DNA of 64,000 bases, taken from NCBI GenBank assembly GCA_964016885.1, contig OZ024743.1, positions 72,168,001-72,232,000 on the forward strand. Direction: 5' to 3'. Under the pieces are notes generated by a model. The model was not told the DNA's origin. It saw nothing but the letters and a program-made list of their open reading frames with translations, and ran no database searches. A program made the translations under genes and the position numbers. This DNA comes from Eledone cirrhosa (Eukaryota). Position 1 is the stretch's first letter. Every line of letters starts with the position of its first letter. Below are positions 1 through 12,140 of the stretch, piece by piece.

Positions 1-375
1 GGGTGTGTAAATATCATTATCTATATTCGTGTACTCATTTTTATCCTGGTAACTTGCTCTAGCTAATGTCTTATTATAGTATCTAGCCTTACTATCAAAG
101 ATTTCCTTGTTAGCTGAGAGTCTAGAGATTCTCTGCTCTAACCTTTTGAGTATGGCCTTCTTAACGTTTCTAGGGTGGTTTGAGAAGTAGCTAACATAAT
201 TGAGGTTTTCATTTAATTTATGGTAAGGGTAGTAAAGGCCAGAATTAAGGTTTAACGTTATGTCTAGGTAGTTAGTTATACTATTATTCTTTTCTATTTC
301 TAGCTTGAGACTGTAATTGTAAGAAAAATCGATTATTATTTTCTTTTTCCTATTTAGGGTACTATTGTTATGGTT
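1..375 (-). mobile_element. Penelope-like element reverse transcriptase C-terminal/thumb fragment (runs off window)
   Basis: Manual minus-strand translation gives NYLDITLNLNSGLYYPYHKLNENLNYVSYFSNHPRNVKKAI...RISRLSANKEIFD...YYNKTL, the FLD/SNHP/RISRLS pattern of PLE RT. Confidence 0.8.
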
Positions 376-469
376 AAATCGTGATAGAACCAGTTTAAAA
401 CTAGTTAGACTATTACTTAACAGAATACTCGATATTTGTTGTAATACAGTATGGCTATAATATAAAGAA

Positions 470-535
470 TCAGGGACTCAACGGTTGAGCCCAGCTGTTG
501 AAACGGTAACAGATCAGCCTTCGGTTCCCGACATA
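470..535. repeat. Inverted junction of two short pieces of the hammerhead-bearing PLE terminal family (see 46209, 51002)
   Basis: cagctgttGAAACGGtaacagatcagccTTCGGttcccgac resembles ctgtcGAAACGGC..GCCGTCggg of the other copies and is preceded by an inverted piece. Confidence 0.5.
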
Positions 536-538
536 TTA

Positions 539-539
<1 letters not shown>

Positions 540-598
<59 letters not shown>

Positions 599-622
599 TT
601 GTGTGTGTGTGTGCGCGCGCGT

Positions 623-657
<35 letters not shown>
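540..657. repeat. (TA)n-(TG)n microsatellite, representative of dozens in the window
   Basis: Directly visible dinucleotide arrays. Confidence 0.95.
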
Positions 658-661
<4 letters not shown>

Positions 662-1332
662 GAGAGATTTGCGTCGATTGAATTTCATAGAAAATGAAGA
701 CATATCAAACACAGAGGATAACTGTAGCTACACTCATTTGCTATAAATAATAGCTTAGAAAATGGGGTAAAATATCCCCATCGATGGACAGAATTGGACA
801 ATTACTGCTTTAAAGCTTCATACCCTGTACTTCTTAAAGATACGAATAATTAAACAATGTCGTTATTCTAAATGGCACTGAAATATTCTTTCCTTTTTTT
901 ATTTACAGTTTGATGTGATGTATATACGGGATGTTTCTTTATATATTCTTCTGTTTCATATATCATCTTTAACATATAAAATGTAATTATTCTTATCAAG
1001 TTGAATTAAGAAACAATGGAAAGTCGCCGTGACAATAACAAATGACTATATCAATAATCAATCAATGTAGCTTATCGTTGAAGCAATCAGTTAATGTACT
1101 TCTGTAGATGGGAGAAACGTGAATGTATGGTTTGTTTTCTCACAGCCTCCTCTGCTTCATTTTTCCGTGTCCATGTAGGTCGCCTGGTTTTCTAAACTGT
1201 TGCAGTGATTGACGATTGTAATTGTCATTTACATTGAGATAATTATTAATGTTTAATCGTTATCGATATACTACACGTCCTTAGGATCTTTAAAACATCT
1301 ATTTAAATAAAATACATTAAATTATTTTGCAG

Positions 1333-1504
1333 AATCATCCGATGGTTCAGCGCTGATTATGGTACTATGACAGAACTAGTTGCCTGGGTCGTTGATAAAA
1401 TGTCTACTCCAAAGAAAAGAAGGGAGTTACGATATGAACCCACATTTGGGACAGTTGAGAATTACTTTAACAAAATGATAATGTCTTCTATATTTAAGCG
1501 TTGA
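1333..1504 (+). CDS. Candidate terminal host exon, weakly resembling a DUF547 C-terminus
   Basis: Acceptor ttttgcag at 1325-1332 is followed by an open frame IIRWFSADYGTMTELVAWVVDKMSTPKKRREL...*, similar to the IFKWY..DFG...EL..W motif of DUF547 proteins. The expected YDWSLN end is absent. Confidence 0.3.
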
Positions 1505-1845
1505 TTTAACATACACCTGTATATTAGACGTATAAGACAGAATAATGAAGACGGCATAACTGTAGCTCATTTAGACACACACGCACACGTACCCACACAT
1601 ACACACACATATATATATGTGTGTACATATATATATATATATATAAACAATGAGTTATATGGTTTGTTGATTATTCAACAAAGTTTATTTTACAACAGAT
1701 TAGAAACCCTCAACAGCCTTTATCTGGAGTATCATTAATATTAATAGTAATAAATGGAAAATATCCTCATAAAACCATATTTATTTTATTATACATATTT
1801 CAGGGGTACTAATATTTAAGTTCGCTTTAGTCAAATAAAATATAA

Positions 1846-2363
1846 TAATTATTTCTACTTTTGACACAAGGCCAGCAATTACCCAGAGCATTACTGGTAC
1901 TTTATTTTATCGACCCCGTAAGGATGAAAGGCAAAGTTAACCTCGGCGGGTTTGAACTCAGAATGGCAAGGGTCGTAACTCTATGTGTCAAAGCATGCTG
2001 TCCGACCCTCTACCGATACTGCCAATCCACCGCCTATAAAATATAATAATTGTTTCTACTTTTGGCACATGGCCAGCAATTACCCAGTACATTACTGGTA
2101 CTTTATTTTATCGACTCCGTACGGATGAAAGGAAAAGTTACCTTGGCGGGATTTGAACTCAGACCATAAAGGGCCGTAACTCTTTGCTGCAAAGCATGGC
2201 GTCCGACTCTCTACTGATACTGCCAATCCACCGCTATAAAATATAATAATTGTTTCTACTTTAGGCACAAGGCCAGCAATTACCCAGTACATTACTGGTA
2301 CTTTATTTCATCGACCCCGTAAGGATGAAAGGCAGAGTTAACCTCGGCGGGATTTGAACTCAG
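1846..2363 (-). mobile_element. Three head-to-tail copies of a tRNA-derived SINE (SINE-A family; third copy 5'-truncated)
   Basis: Units at ~1846-2034, 2046-2234 and 2246-2363. B-box GAGTTCAAATCC, conserved core GCCTTTCATCCTTACGGGGTCGATAAAATAAAGTACC and 3' end GGCCTTGTGCC..AAGTAGAAACAATT. Confidence 0.85.
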
Positions 2364-2747
2364 ACTGCCAAGTCGGTGTTAAGATAGTGACATATCTTCA
2401 TTTGAACTTAATGGTACAAGTTACTAGACTTATACCATGAAGGTATACCATTATTGGTATAAGTCCCTCGACTTATCACTATAACAAATTTAATATAGTA
2501 ATGGATTCTACAGGACTGGAACTGTTTCATTCGAAGGAAATGTATATATATGCATATGTATGTAGATAAATCTACCAAAATATACGGTAGTGTCCAATCC
2601 GTATGAAGAACTCAATGTAATCCAAATATCATGAAAAGAGAAGATGCATTCAAAAATTTTCGATGAAAATCATAGGAGTTCAGAGTCAAGATAAATTAAT
2701 AAAAACAATGAAATAAAAACAAAGAACAAATTCTTTATATTAAAAAA

Positions 2748-2886
2748 TTCATCATTTTTACGATCGTTTCTAGGATGTATATGTGTGTTGGTATGCATAT
2801 CATATAGATCTATGTAAATATATTACAAATTATCAGAGGATATATTCATACCTTCACATATACATGCTGTCTTCAGAAATGATGAG
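2748..2886 (-). ncRNA. Type I hammerhead ribozyme with long stem II
   Basis: Minus strand: TCATCATTT-CTGAAGA-cagcATGTATATGTG..(~75 nt)..CACATATACATccta-GAAA-CGATCG-TA-AAAATGATGA. Palindromic stem III ACGATCGT; mismatch at the base of stem II. Confidence 0.75.
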
Positions 2887-3409
2887 ATTTGTTTATTGAA
2901 AAAAACAACAAAGATTTAATATAAAAAGTCTGTTTGGGAACACCTTTTGAATTGACCAATAGAAAGGTAGTTAGAGGTCAAGTTGATAGAATAGTGATAG
3001 TAGAAATTTAATTTAGAGGTAGAGGTGTGCAGACTTATGTTTTGAATGAAAATAATACTTTGAATGAAAAGAATACATTGGGGATGAAAAGAGGTCAAGC
3101 CAGTGAAGGGTACAAGAAAATTTGATGTTATTAAAGAATAATGTTAAAAACGAAGGAAAATAAAATTTTAGGGTAAGGGTATTCGTGAGAAATACCAATC
3201 TTATTTAAACCACAAGGAATCTAGATCTATAACAAGAAATTAAATTAATTGATAGGTATACTTATAGGGATAAATTTATATTAATTCATAAGAATGTGAT
3301 AAATAAGAATTAGATGTTATTAAAGAGTGTTGTTAAAAACGAAGGAAAGTAACATTTTGGGATAAGGTTAGTAGTGAGAAATATCAATCTCATATATTAA
3401 TTTAAAATA

Positions 3410-3693
3410 AGATTTAATACCCACAAACATAGTTTTAAAAATGCCGCATTAGCTAATCCTTGGCTGAAACAATTAATAATTATAGAAAGAAGAATATCGA
3501 TTACAACCTGACCTGGAGTGTGCTCAAAAGGGCCACCCGTTATCAAAATAACAGATACAGGTGTAGGTTATGCTCCCAGGGACTTTTTGAAATCATGAAA
3601 TCTAAGGATATCCTATTAAATAAGCGACAGGAATTAATTATATCTTGTAATCATAGAATTAGAAGAGCCTTCAAATATTATAAACTTAATTAA
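3410..3693 (+). pseudogene. PLE GIY-YIG endonuclease C-terminal remnant
   Basis: ORF 3460-3693: W.VLKRA..Y.....CRLC...LFEI....LLNKRQELIISCNH, the conserved Penelope EN tail. Confidence 0.8.
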
Positions 3694-4154
3694 TATACAC
3701 CTTACATATTTAACATATTATTATAATTATTTTTTTAAAATTTAGTTAACCTATAATTAGTACTTCACTACAGAGAACTTCATAATTTTATTTCCCTCTT
3801 ACAGCTCTCTTTTCCTAAAATTAATACCTAAAAGTATACCTATAAATTAATTTAATTTCCGGTTATGAATCTAGATTCCTTGTAGTTTATATAAGATTGG
3901 TATTTCTCACTACTACCCTTATCCAAAATGTTACTTTCCTTCGTTTTTAACAATACTCTTTAATAACAACTAATTCTTATTTATCACATTCATATGAATT
4001 AATATAAATTTATCCCTATAAGTATACCTATCAATTAATTTAATTTCTTGTTATAGATCTAGATTCCTTTTGGTTTAAATAAGATTGGTATTTCTCACTA
4101 ATACCCTTACCCTAAAATTTTATTTCCTTCGTTTTTAACATTATTCTTTAATAA

Positions 4155-4320
4155 CTGTTTCTACTTTAGGCACAAGGCCAGCAATTACCCAGTGCATTAC
4201 TAGTACTTTATTTTATCGACCCCGTAAGGATGAAAGGCAAAGTCAACCTCGGCGGGATTTGAACTCAGATCGTAAAGGGACGTAACTATGCTGGAAAGCA
4301 TGGCGTCCGACCTTCTATCA
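4155..4320 (-). mobile_element. SINE-A inserted into the right pLTR arm
   Basis: Same core as 1846-2363 and absent from the left arm. Confidence 0.85.
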
Positions 4321-4541
4321 AATTTTCGTGTACCCTTCACTGGCTTGACTTATTTTCCTCCCCAAAGTATTATTTTCATTCAAAACATAAGTCTTCACTC
4401 CTCTACCCCTAAATAAAAATTTGTACTACCACTGTTCTATCAACTTGACCTTTAACTACTTTTCTATTGGTCAATTCAAAACCTGTTCCCAAACAGACCT
4501 TTTATATTAAATCTTTGTTGGTTTTTTTCAATAAACAAATC

Positions 4542-4678
4542 TCATCATTCCCGAAGAGAGCATGTATATGTGAAGGTATGTATATTTCCTCTGATAATTT
4601 GTAATATTTTTACATAGATCTATATGATATACATACCAACACACATATACATCCTAGAAACGATCGTAAAATGATGAA
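4542..4678 (+). ncRNA. Type I hammerhead ribozyme, sister of 2748-2886, core CCGAAGA
   Basis: tcatcattc-CCGAAGA-gagcATGTATATGTG...CACATATACATccta-GAAA-CGATCG-TA-aaatgatga. Confidence 0.65.
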
Positions 4679-5186
4679 TTTTTAATATAAAGAACTTGTT
4701 CTTTGTTTTTATTTCATTGTTTTTTATTAATTTATATACATATATATATATATATGTTTATAAAATATTCATATCATTCACTCCAATAGTTTTGCTGTGG
4801 TAAATGACTTGCTTGATTGCTTAGATTGATCTACACATCGAAAAACTTTGATTTAATAATGTTAACAGTGGTAGCGCTAAATATTTTAGTGTTCGGAAGT
4901 ATCTTTATAGATTTAAGTAAACAAATTATTGGTCGAATATATTTCCATGTTTGTAATGAGAATGCATTGATAATATATACTGAGTGATAGGGAATAAGAA
5001 AGACTGTAATGGTGCCATTTAGAGATTTAACGTTTCTCAAAATGATACAGGTTCACACTAAATGGTGCTTAGTGTCAGAAAACATATTAAGAAAAGACAA
5101 ACAAGACAGTATTCAGTCAATTGGAATTGACAGTTACCCAAATTAGCGTACACACAAATATATGCATTTATCTATATATATGTGAA

Positions 5187-5413
5187 GGCACATGGCTTAG
5201 TGGTTAGAGCATTAGGCTTGCGATCTAAATGTTGTGAGTTCAATCCTCGGACCGGGTGATGTGTTGTTTCCTTGAACAAGACACTTTATTTCACGTTGCT
5301 CCAGTTTACTCAGTTTACCCTGCGATGGACTGGCGACCTCGCCAGGGGCGAGTCTTGTACTCTCAGTCGCTTCACGCCATGAAACCGGCCAAATGAACCT
5401 TCTGGCTTAATAC

Positions 5414-5420
<7 letters not shown>
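5187..5420 (+). mobile_element. tRNA-derived SINE (second family)
   Basis: A-box TGGCTTAGTGG, B-box GAGTTCAATCC, CORE-like CCTTGAACAAGACACTT, then CCCTGCGATGGACTGGCG; ends in (TA)n. Confidence 0.75.
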
Positions 5421-5477
<57 letters not shown>

Positions 5478-5588
5478 AATATATACATATATGAAAATAT
5501 ATATATATATAAATAAATAAATATATAAATATATATATGTATATAATAATAAAAGGACGATTTGTTATGTCTTCATTACGTTTATTTA

Positions 5589-5677
5589 GTAATGACGCGC
5601 GTTTCGCTATTGATCAGCACAAGGTTTGATCTGTATCGATCTAGCCCGACTCTGGAATCAAAAGCTCGTCGGACCTG
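5589..5677 (-). ncRNA. Type I hammerhead-like motif (core CCGACGA) at the end of a non-coding PLE-like remnant (~5545-6200)
   Basis: Minus: aggt-CCGACGA-GCTtTTGAT...ATCAAtAGC-GAAA-CGCGCG-TC-att. Palindromic stem III; weak stem I. Confidence 0.55.
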
Positions 5678-7045
5678 TGGTAATGACAGAATGAACCTGT
5701 AGGCTTAGAAAGGTCTATAACGATTCACATTCATTTATGGTGGTCAGTTACTGTTGTTTTGATTGGTGGTTTTACTATGAGGAATGTTTTGGTATGTGTA
5801 ATAGGTTGGAGGAAGGATCATAATGAAGAGGCGGTGGTGGCCGTGAGCGAGGGTTAGTGTGACTTACGGGGGTGCGATGTTTTGGCGTTTTCATAGACAT
5901 TGTTGCGGGTATGTGGTGGGGCGAAGGTGCTGGGTGTGTGTGTGGAGGTGATTACCGGCTATGTGTGATCGGAAATGAAAGAGTTCGGTGCTGTACTAAA
6001 GGGTGTATGTGAGGGTGTCCTGTTGGTCAGCGGTTTGTCGAAGAGGAATATAGAGAAAATAAAAATAAGACTGAAGAAAAAGATAAGGAAAGTAGATTAA
6101 CCTTGGTTAGGGGTGAGGATTTGGTGTAAACTCTCAATATTGTTAAAGGGATATTGGTACTATAAAGAATTAAGAGTAGTAGTTAGTGTTTGAAATGAAT
6201 ATAAATATACATGTGCACACACGCGCACACACACGCACACACACACACACACACACATATAAATATATATATACATATATACACACACGCACATACACAT
6301 ACATATACACACACACATGCATACATACATGCATACACACACACACATATATATATGTATATATATAAATATATATATATATGTGTGTGTGTGAATGGAT
6401 ACATGAAATAGTTGCTACAGTAGCTATATGCGTTTGCTTATACACCGGTTATACGCACAGAGTATAGGTAGCTACAGACACACACCCACGCATATATACA
6501 TACAAATGTCTGTATCTCTGCATATGCACATACTCATATATATGTGTGCTTATAGGCCCCCACGTTCATACAACGATATCAGTCTGCAGGCGTGTAGTCA
6601 TAAATCTATACACACACACACTCAGGTATAGGTGTATGTACTAGCAGTGCATTTAGATAAATATCATATAGAAATATATGTGGTAAAATAATTCTTAGGA
6701 TATTAGAAGGGTAAAATGTGATAATGATGTGAAATAAATGTAATGGTAGTAATAACGATGATGAGATTGGTGATACAAATGGAAGTGATGAAACCAATTG
6801 TGGTAAATTATAGGATGCTGGTGGTGTGTGTATACTTCTTGACCGTGCGGTGCGTGTTGGTGTGGGTAAGAGTGGTGAATACATGGTGATATGTTTAATA
6901 ATGAGGGACATGATAAAGAATACAATATAATATTAACAAAGAATATCAATGGTAATGAATGTAACAGTGGTAATATTACGTACGCACACACAACACACAC
7001 GCACATACACACACACACACAAGCATATATATATATATTCATATG

Positions 7046-7732
7046 AAAACAAGACGTGCTGCGTGGTTGCAAATGGTTACATATGAATAAAGTTAGTCCT
7101 TCATCAGTGATCTTCCAACCTTCATTGGTATTTCATCGTTTTAATGACCATATACCTCCAGTTGGTGCGAGCAACGGCTAAAGAAAGTCGTTGGGACACG
7201 TAAATAAGGGGAACGAGCGAGACTGTAAACAATCAAAGATGGTAATGCAACAAAAAGTGAGGAATAAGGAGTCAAGTCTCAGAATTCTATGAATATAAGT
7301 TCTGTGAAATCGTGGACGAGAGAGAATAAAGACCATCAAACCTAGTCGAAATGTAAGCAAGAAAAGAATTTCGCACAGGTCAAACGGGAAGAAGAAGGAG
7401 TCTAGTTCCTGAATTCAGTGAACATAAGTTCTGTGAAATCATAGATAAGTGAGAAAAAAAAGGAACAACCAACCTGGTCAAGTGTGCGCGAGGAAAGAAT
7501 TTCGCACAGGTCAAACGGGAGGAAGTAGGAGAGGGAGTAGCAGAGAGTGAGTGAGTGAAGGGTGAGGAAGAGGCTAACAGAGAGAGTGACCGTTAGAGAG
7601 GGTAAAAGGAGGTGAAAGATACAGAGAAAGAGGAAGCAGTAAGAATGAAATAGACGGCTCACAGCGGAGGAAAATATATGTGTGAATATTAAAACAAGAC
7701 GTGCTGCGTGGTTGCAAATGGGTTACATGAAT
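7046..7732. repeat. Unclassified repeat with ~43-bp terminal direct repeats and an internal ~130-bp tandem duplication
   Basis: aaaacaagacgtgctgcgtggttgcaaatgg at 7046 and 7691. Internal unit agttctgtgaaatc...aagaatttcgcacaggtcaaacggga at ~7270-7400 and ~7400-7530. Confidence 0.7.
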
Positions 7733-8184
7733 ATATATACGCAGATATGTCTTTAATTTATTGATAAGGAACAAAAAAAGTAGGTTTAATATTTTATTTA
7801 TATAGATGTTACATTAAATAACCAATCATTATTCCACAACAGGCTAACTAAGGAAAGCTTGCCGTTGTCATATCTACTTGAAACTTTTATCTCAATGTTT
7901 CCTATCGCTGCATATATGCTTCCCAATATATCTAGTACATCGTATTATATATAAGTACCAATAAATTGGGTCTGTAGATCAGTAGTGCTGTTAAAATGTC
8001 TTGCAAGAGGCATACAGTTTAATTTGAAGAAGCTCCTGTATTTATATCTAGAATCTGGAGTAAAATGACAATGATGTCGATAATGATATCAACAATGATG
8101 TAGACAATTGCGATAAGGATGAAAGTGTAATGTTGACGGTTAGCGCTGCGTGATAAAATGGCTGTGAATACTTATACTGAATAA

Positions 8185-9058
8185 TCTATATATTTATAAA
8201 ACTGAGGATGTCTGTCTGTGTGTGTGTGAGTTTGAATCCCTAAAACTCGAGAAGCACCCAACCGACTGTTTTCAAACTTTACACATGTAATACTTATGTT
8301 TCAGGGGATGTTCTGAGCAAATGAAATGTGAAATTTTCAATGCTTTAGGGACCGCATTAGGCGATTTAGCGATCTCTCTCTATAATTCTTAGTCTTTCTC
8401 TTTTTAGATAGATACATACATATAACGTCACGCCCTTATAATATTTGTCTGTATGTCTGCATGTCTGCATTACGTCACTTCCCTGAGGATGTCTCTGTGT
8501 GTGTGTGTGTGTTTGTGCGTTTGTGTGTCTGTCTGTGAGTTTGAATCCCTAAAACTCGAGAAGTACACACAGATTTTTTTCGAACTTTACATAGGTGAAA
8601 AACTGCGTTTTATTTTGGTTTTATGGGGATTTTTGAATTTTACGTCAGACCCATTTCCTTGAAATTGTAACTATGTATTAGTCAGACTATTCTTCATACC
8701 ATGAGCAAAGAAAATCCAACTTGTTTATGGCCTAGGGCCCGCATTAGGTGAAAAAGGTCATTTTTCAGCTTTTTAGAGCTTTTTTGAGGCGTACGTCGAG
8801 CCGATTTTCCTGAAATTTCAAGGCATATTATGCACATAAAAAAAAATTCATTTTCTTGATCCCCTAGGGCCCGCATTAGGTGAAAAACTGCATTTTTCCT
8901 GCTTCATAAAGGAAAATCTTAAAGATTATCCAGCCATCAGAGTATTCGGTTTATTTTCTTTACATATTTTCCAGGCATGCAGTTTTTCCACGATTAGGTC
9001 TGTTGGCGGCCCGCTTTCCAAAATAATTATCCCGTGCAACCCCGGGTACCATTGCTTA
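8185..9058 (+). mobile_element. Non-autonomous Helitron
   Basis: 5' A|TCTATATATTTATAAAACTGAGGATGTCTGTC. 3' hairpin CCCGTGCAACCCCGGG at 9031-9046, then degenerate CTRR (CTTA). Internal duplication of the 5' part at ~8480. Confidence 0.7.
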
Positions 9059-9105
9059 TATATTATATATGTGATAAGCATATGTAACTGGTTTCTTATA
9101 AGTGG

Positions 9106-9220
9106 TGCTTCTGACGATATCACATTGAAAAACAAACACGTGTGCTTGTGGTGTGTTTGTATGACACGCGATAAATTCAGGAATCAATATGATTATATAT
9201 ATGAAGAACTGCGTCAAGCA
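9106..9220 (+). ncRNA. Degenerate type I hammerhead
   Basis: TGCTT-CTGACGA-tATCACATTGA...TCAATATGAT-(TA)n-gaagaactgc-GTC-AAGCA. Stems I and II are good, but the GAAA box is disrupted. Confidence 0.4.
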
Positions 9221-9645
9221 GCGGAAGCGTACGATACAATTATATTTGAATATAGACAGAGTGGGTAGCAGAGACTACACTAATGTACACATTTTTAAAA
9301 GCACACATTTTTAAAGACGAGTTTCCCTGTAAAATAAAAAATTAGTACGTCTATTTCAGAATACTACTATAAACAAATGGGTATATAACGCACATCAAAT
9401 ACGTATCTCTTTGAGGTTATTTACATGATAAACTAACCGGCTGATGAAAATCCAACTAGAACCAAAAATCTATTAAATATGTTTAAACCTTTTTGATTTT
9501 TCAGGGAGGTTCGTATTATGGCATGTTTACATGAAATAAGAATATGTATATTAATATACATATTGACGCAATCTCTGTTACCCACACAGTATATATGTAG
9601 ATATAACTTCATAAATATATTTATATTGCTGTGATTAACAGAAAT

Positions 9646-9689
<44 letters not shown>

Positions 9690-10004
9690 GAAAGACAGCT
9701 GCGTAATTCACTTCTCTTCCCTAATTCTCTTCCATCAAAATCTTCCTACGTCTCTTTCTCCCATGTCTATGTTATAAATAACTTTGATCTGAGGGGGAGT
9801 GGCGACGATCATGGAATGAGTGTGAATTTTCCACTCAAGCCATCGGGCAGGACCCCATATATAAATTATCCGCTTTTGACCTTCCTAGTAAACAATGGGT
9901 GTCTCTTAATCGGAACGCCACACAACATGACAGGACAGCTTATCATCTCCATCGATTGAAAAGGAAAGACAGCCCAGCATGTGACTGTGACTGTGGGGAC
10001 CCTG

Positions 10005-10121
10005 ACCAGACAGAACTACATGTTGTTCGGAGGCCTCAATACTTAGGGTAGTATAGTGGGTACTAGGAGAAAACATGACCCCGACGGCAGAGCTCAAGCC
10101 GTTTCGGGGCTATTTCTGGAC
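10005..10121 (-). repeat. 3' half of the hammerhead-bearing PLE terminal family
   Basis: Minus: tagcccc-GAAA-CGGC-ttgagctct-GCCG-TC-ggggt..., homologous to 46265-46400. Confidence 0.65.
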
Positions 10122-10167
<46 letters not shown>

Positions 10168-10271
10168 CATATATATATATACACACACACACATATATAT
10201 TTTTTTTCTTTTATATATGTATGTATATATATAAAAAAGAAAATTTCGCTCTACATGACTGAATACAATAA

Positions 10272-10690
10272 ATGTAATCTGAGTTTTTCGAATATTAATA
10301 ATAACATTCGATTCGTTTGCAATTATACAAACAAGCATCAATTTTATAGCCATGTCAGTACAATGAACACTTCATTCTTGCTCTTGTGTTGGCATGTGAA
10401 CAGAACTGCAGACTCTAATGTTTCTGGGTATCACCCTTCATCAGTACAGCTTACTGTTCACCTGCCAAACTGTCAGAGCTATTGAAAATATATACTATTT
10501 TCAAAAATACACAGTGACTGATCGGCCTGATTTGCATATTAGCACACTGGCTGATCTGTTCGCATGCCAACACAAGCGCAAGAATGAAGTGTTCATTCTA
10601 CTGACATCGCTTCAAAATTGAGGCTTGTTTGCAAAAATTGCAAACGAATTGAATGTTATTGTTAATATTCAAAAATCTCAGATTATATCT
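10272..10690. repeat. Inverted repeat (~130-bp arms) within (TA)n
   Basis: taatctgagtttttcgaatattaataataacattc...gcatgtgaacag (10275-10402) is the reverse complement of ctgttcgcatgcc...ctcagatta (10557-10686). Confidence 0.8.
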
Positions 10691-10740
10691 ATATATATAT
10701 ATATATATATATATTTGGAAACTCTGCTTCGGAGGATTGT

Positions 10741-10834
10741 GACGTATCTGAAGAACTTCCGATTTCAGAGTCAGGTTCGATCAGTGCATCGATTGTGCCT
10801 CGAGCTGGTCGCCAGAGAAACGATTGTAATATGT
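10741..10834 (+). ncRNA. Type I hammerhead ribozyme (family shared with 17400 and 54566)
   Basis: ACGTAT-CTGAAGA-...-GAAA-CGATTG-TA-ATATGT. The base of stem II is imperfect in this copy. Confidence 0.6.
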
Positions 10835-11386
10835 GTAATACATTCTAATTAGCCGCACCACCGATTCTCCGTTTCTTATGTAATATAGATATATATTGAT
10901 TGTTGTCGACTTATCTGCTATGCTCTACTTTCGCGTCTTTACGTTTTCACGTTTATAATGTAAGGGTTCTCTTTGTTAAGTTTACAAAATGGCGAAGGCA
11001 TACACTACATTAATTTCCTATATAATTGAAGAATTTAAGGTGAACTTAAGTTAAATATAATTAGCTTTTTTTAACTATAAGACTTTACTGGGTGATAAAT
11101 GATGTGTGAAGTGTAAATGGCGTTGCCATAGCAATACACCTCCATACATGGATTCATTTGAGTAAATATTTTCTGATGTAGAATGGTTCCAAACCTTAAA
11201 TACTTAAGTATAATATTTTATCTTTTTCTGTGCACGGATGAATGGTAAAGATGTTTTGACGTCACACGCACATATTTACATCTCTATTTACTTGGTATTC
11301 AGATATGTATAGATATATAGGTACACACACAAACACATACACAGAAGCATAGACACACACAAACACAGAAGCATAGACACACACAT

Positions 11387-11448
<62 letters not shown>

Positions 11449-11637
11449 GTATGGAGTTAACCGAAAATGGATGTGCGGATCACATTATGGTCTGTCGGTT
11501 GTGAAGCAGATAAAAAGAACCTGTATAAATTGTGGAAGTCGAAGCACTATATATTATTAAAAGATTAGAAGTCATATTCATTTCATTCGGGCTTATTTAA
11601 AACTCCCTTAAACTGATTATGTCCTCCAAACTTTTAA

Positions 11638-11820
11638 TAATTGTTTCTACTTTTGGCACAAGTCCAGCAATTACCCCAGTACATTACTGGTACTTTATTT
11701 CATCGACCCCGTAAGGATGAAATGCAAATTTAACCTCGGCGGGATTTGAACTCACATCCTAAAGGGCCATAACTTTATGGCACAAAGCCTGGCGTCCGCC
11801 CCATAACAGATACTGCGAAT
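11638..11820 (-). mobile_element. SINE-A
   Basis: Same core and 3' end as the other copies. Confidence 0.8.
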
Positions 11821-11829
11821 ATATAAAAA

Positions 11830-12140
11830 TAGTCGTTTTGGAACCCTCAACAATGCAGATGGCTAAATCTCCGGGTAACAGAATCAGGTGGTAATGAGAG
11901 AGAGAGGTGTAACAGCAAGCGTAGAAAGAGACGTGGAGGGCGTAAAAGAACGTAGGAAAATTATAAAAAATAATAACACGAGATAGAGTTACCTTGGGAG
12001 CGGTTTAGTAGTCCTTATATTTCGGAATTCATATCTAACAACGGGAGTTTTCCGAGGAGAAAGTGTTGTGTCGGAAAAGGACAGCACGTCGCCTTCGCTG
12101 TTTACTGTGCATACTTTTCTCACGTTCTGTTAAGTCTTAG
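11830..12140. repeat. Dispersed repeat related to the 19588-20050 inverted element
   Basis: Shares gtcgttt(t)ggaa..caatgca.atgg.taaatctccgggtaaca and gagttaccttgggag...gtcc.tatatttcgga with 19590-19720. Confidence 0.7.

Larger units (their letters stand above)
2693..4735 (+). mobile_element. 5'-truncated Penelope-like element with long inverted pLTR arms
   Basis: 2693-~3390 is the reverse complement of ~3835-4735. A GIY-YIG C-terminal remnant lies between the arms, each arm has a hammerhead motif, and the right end abuts (TA)n. Confidence 0.85.
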
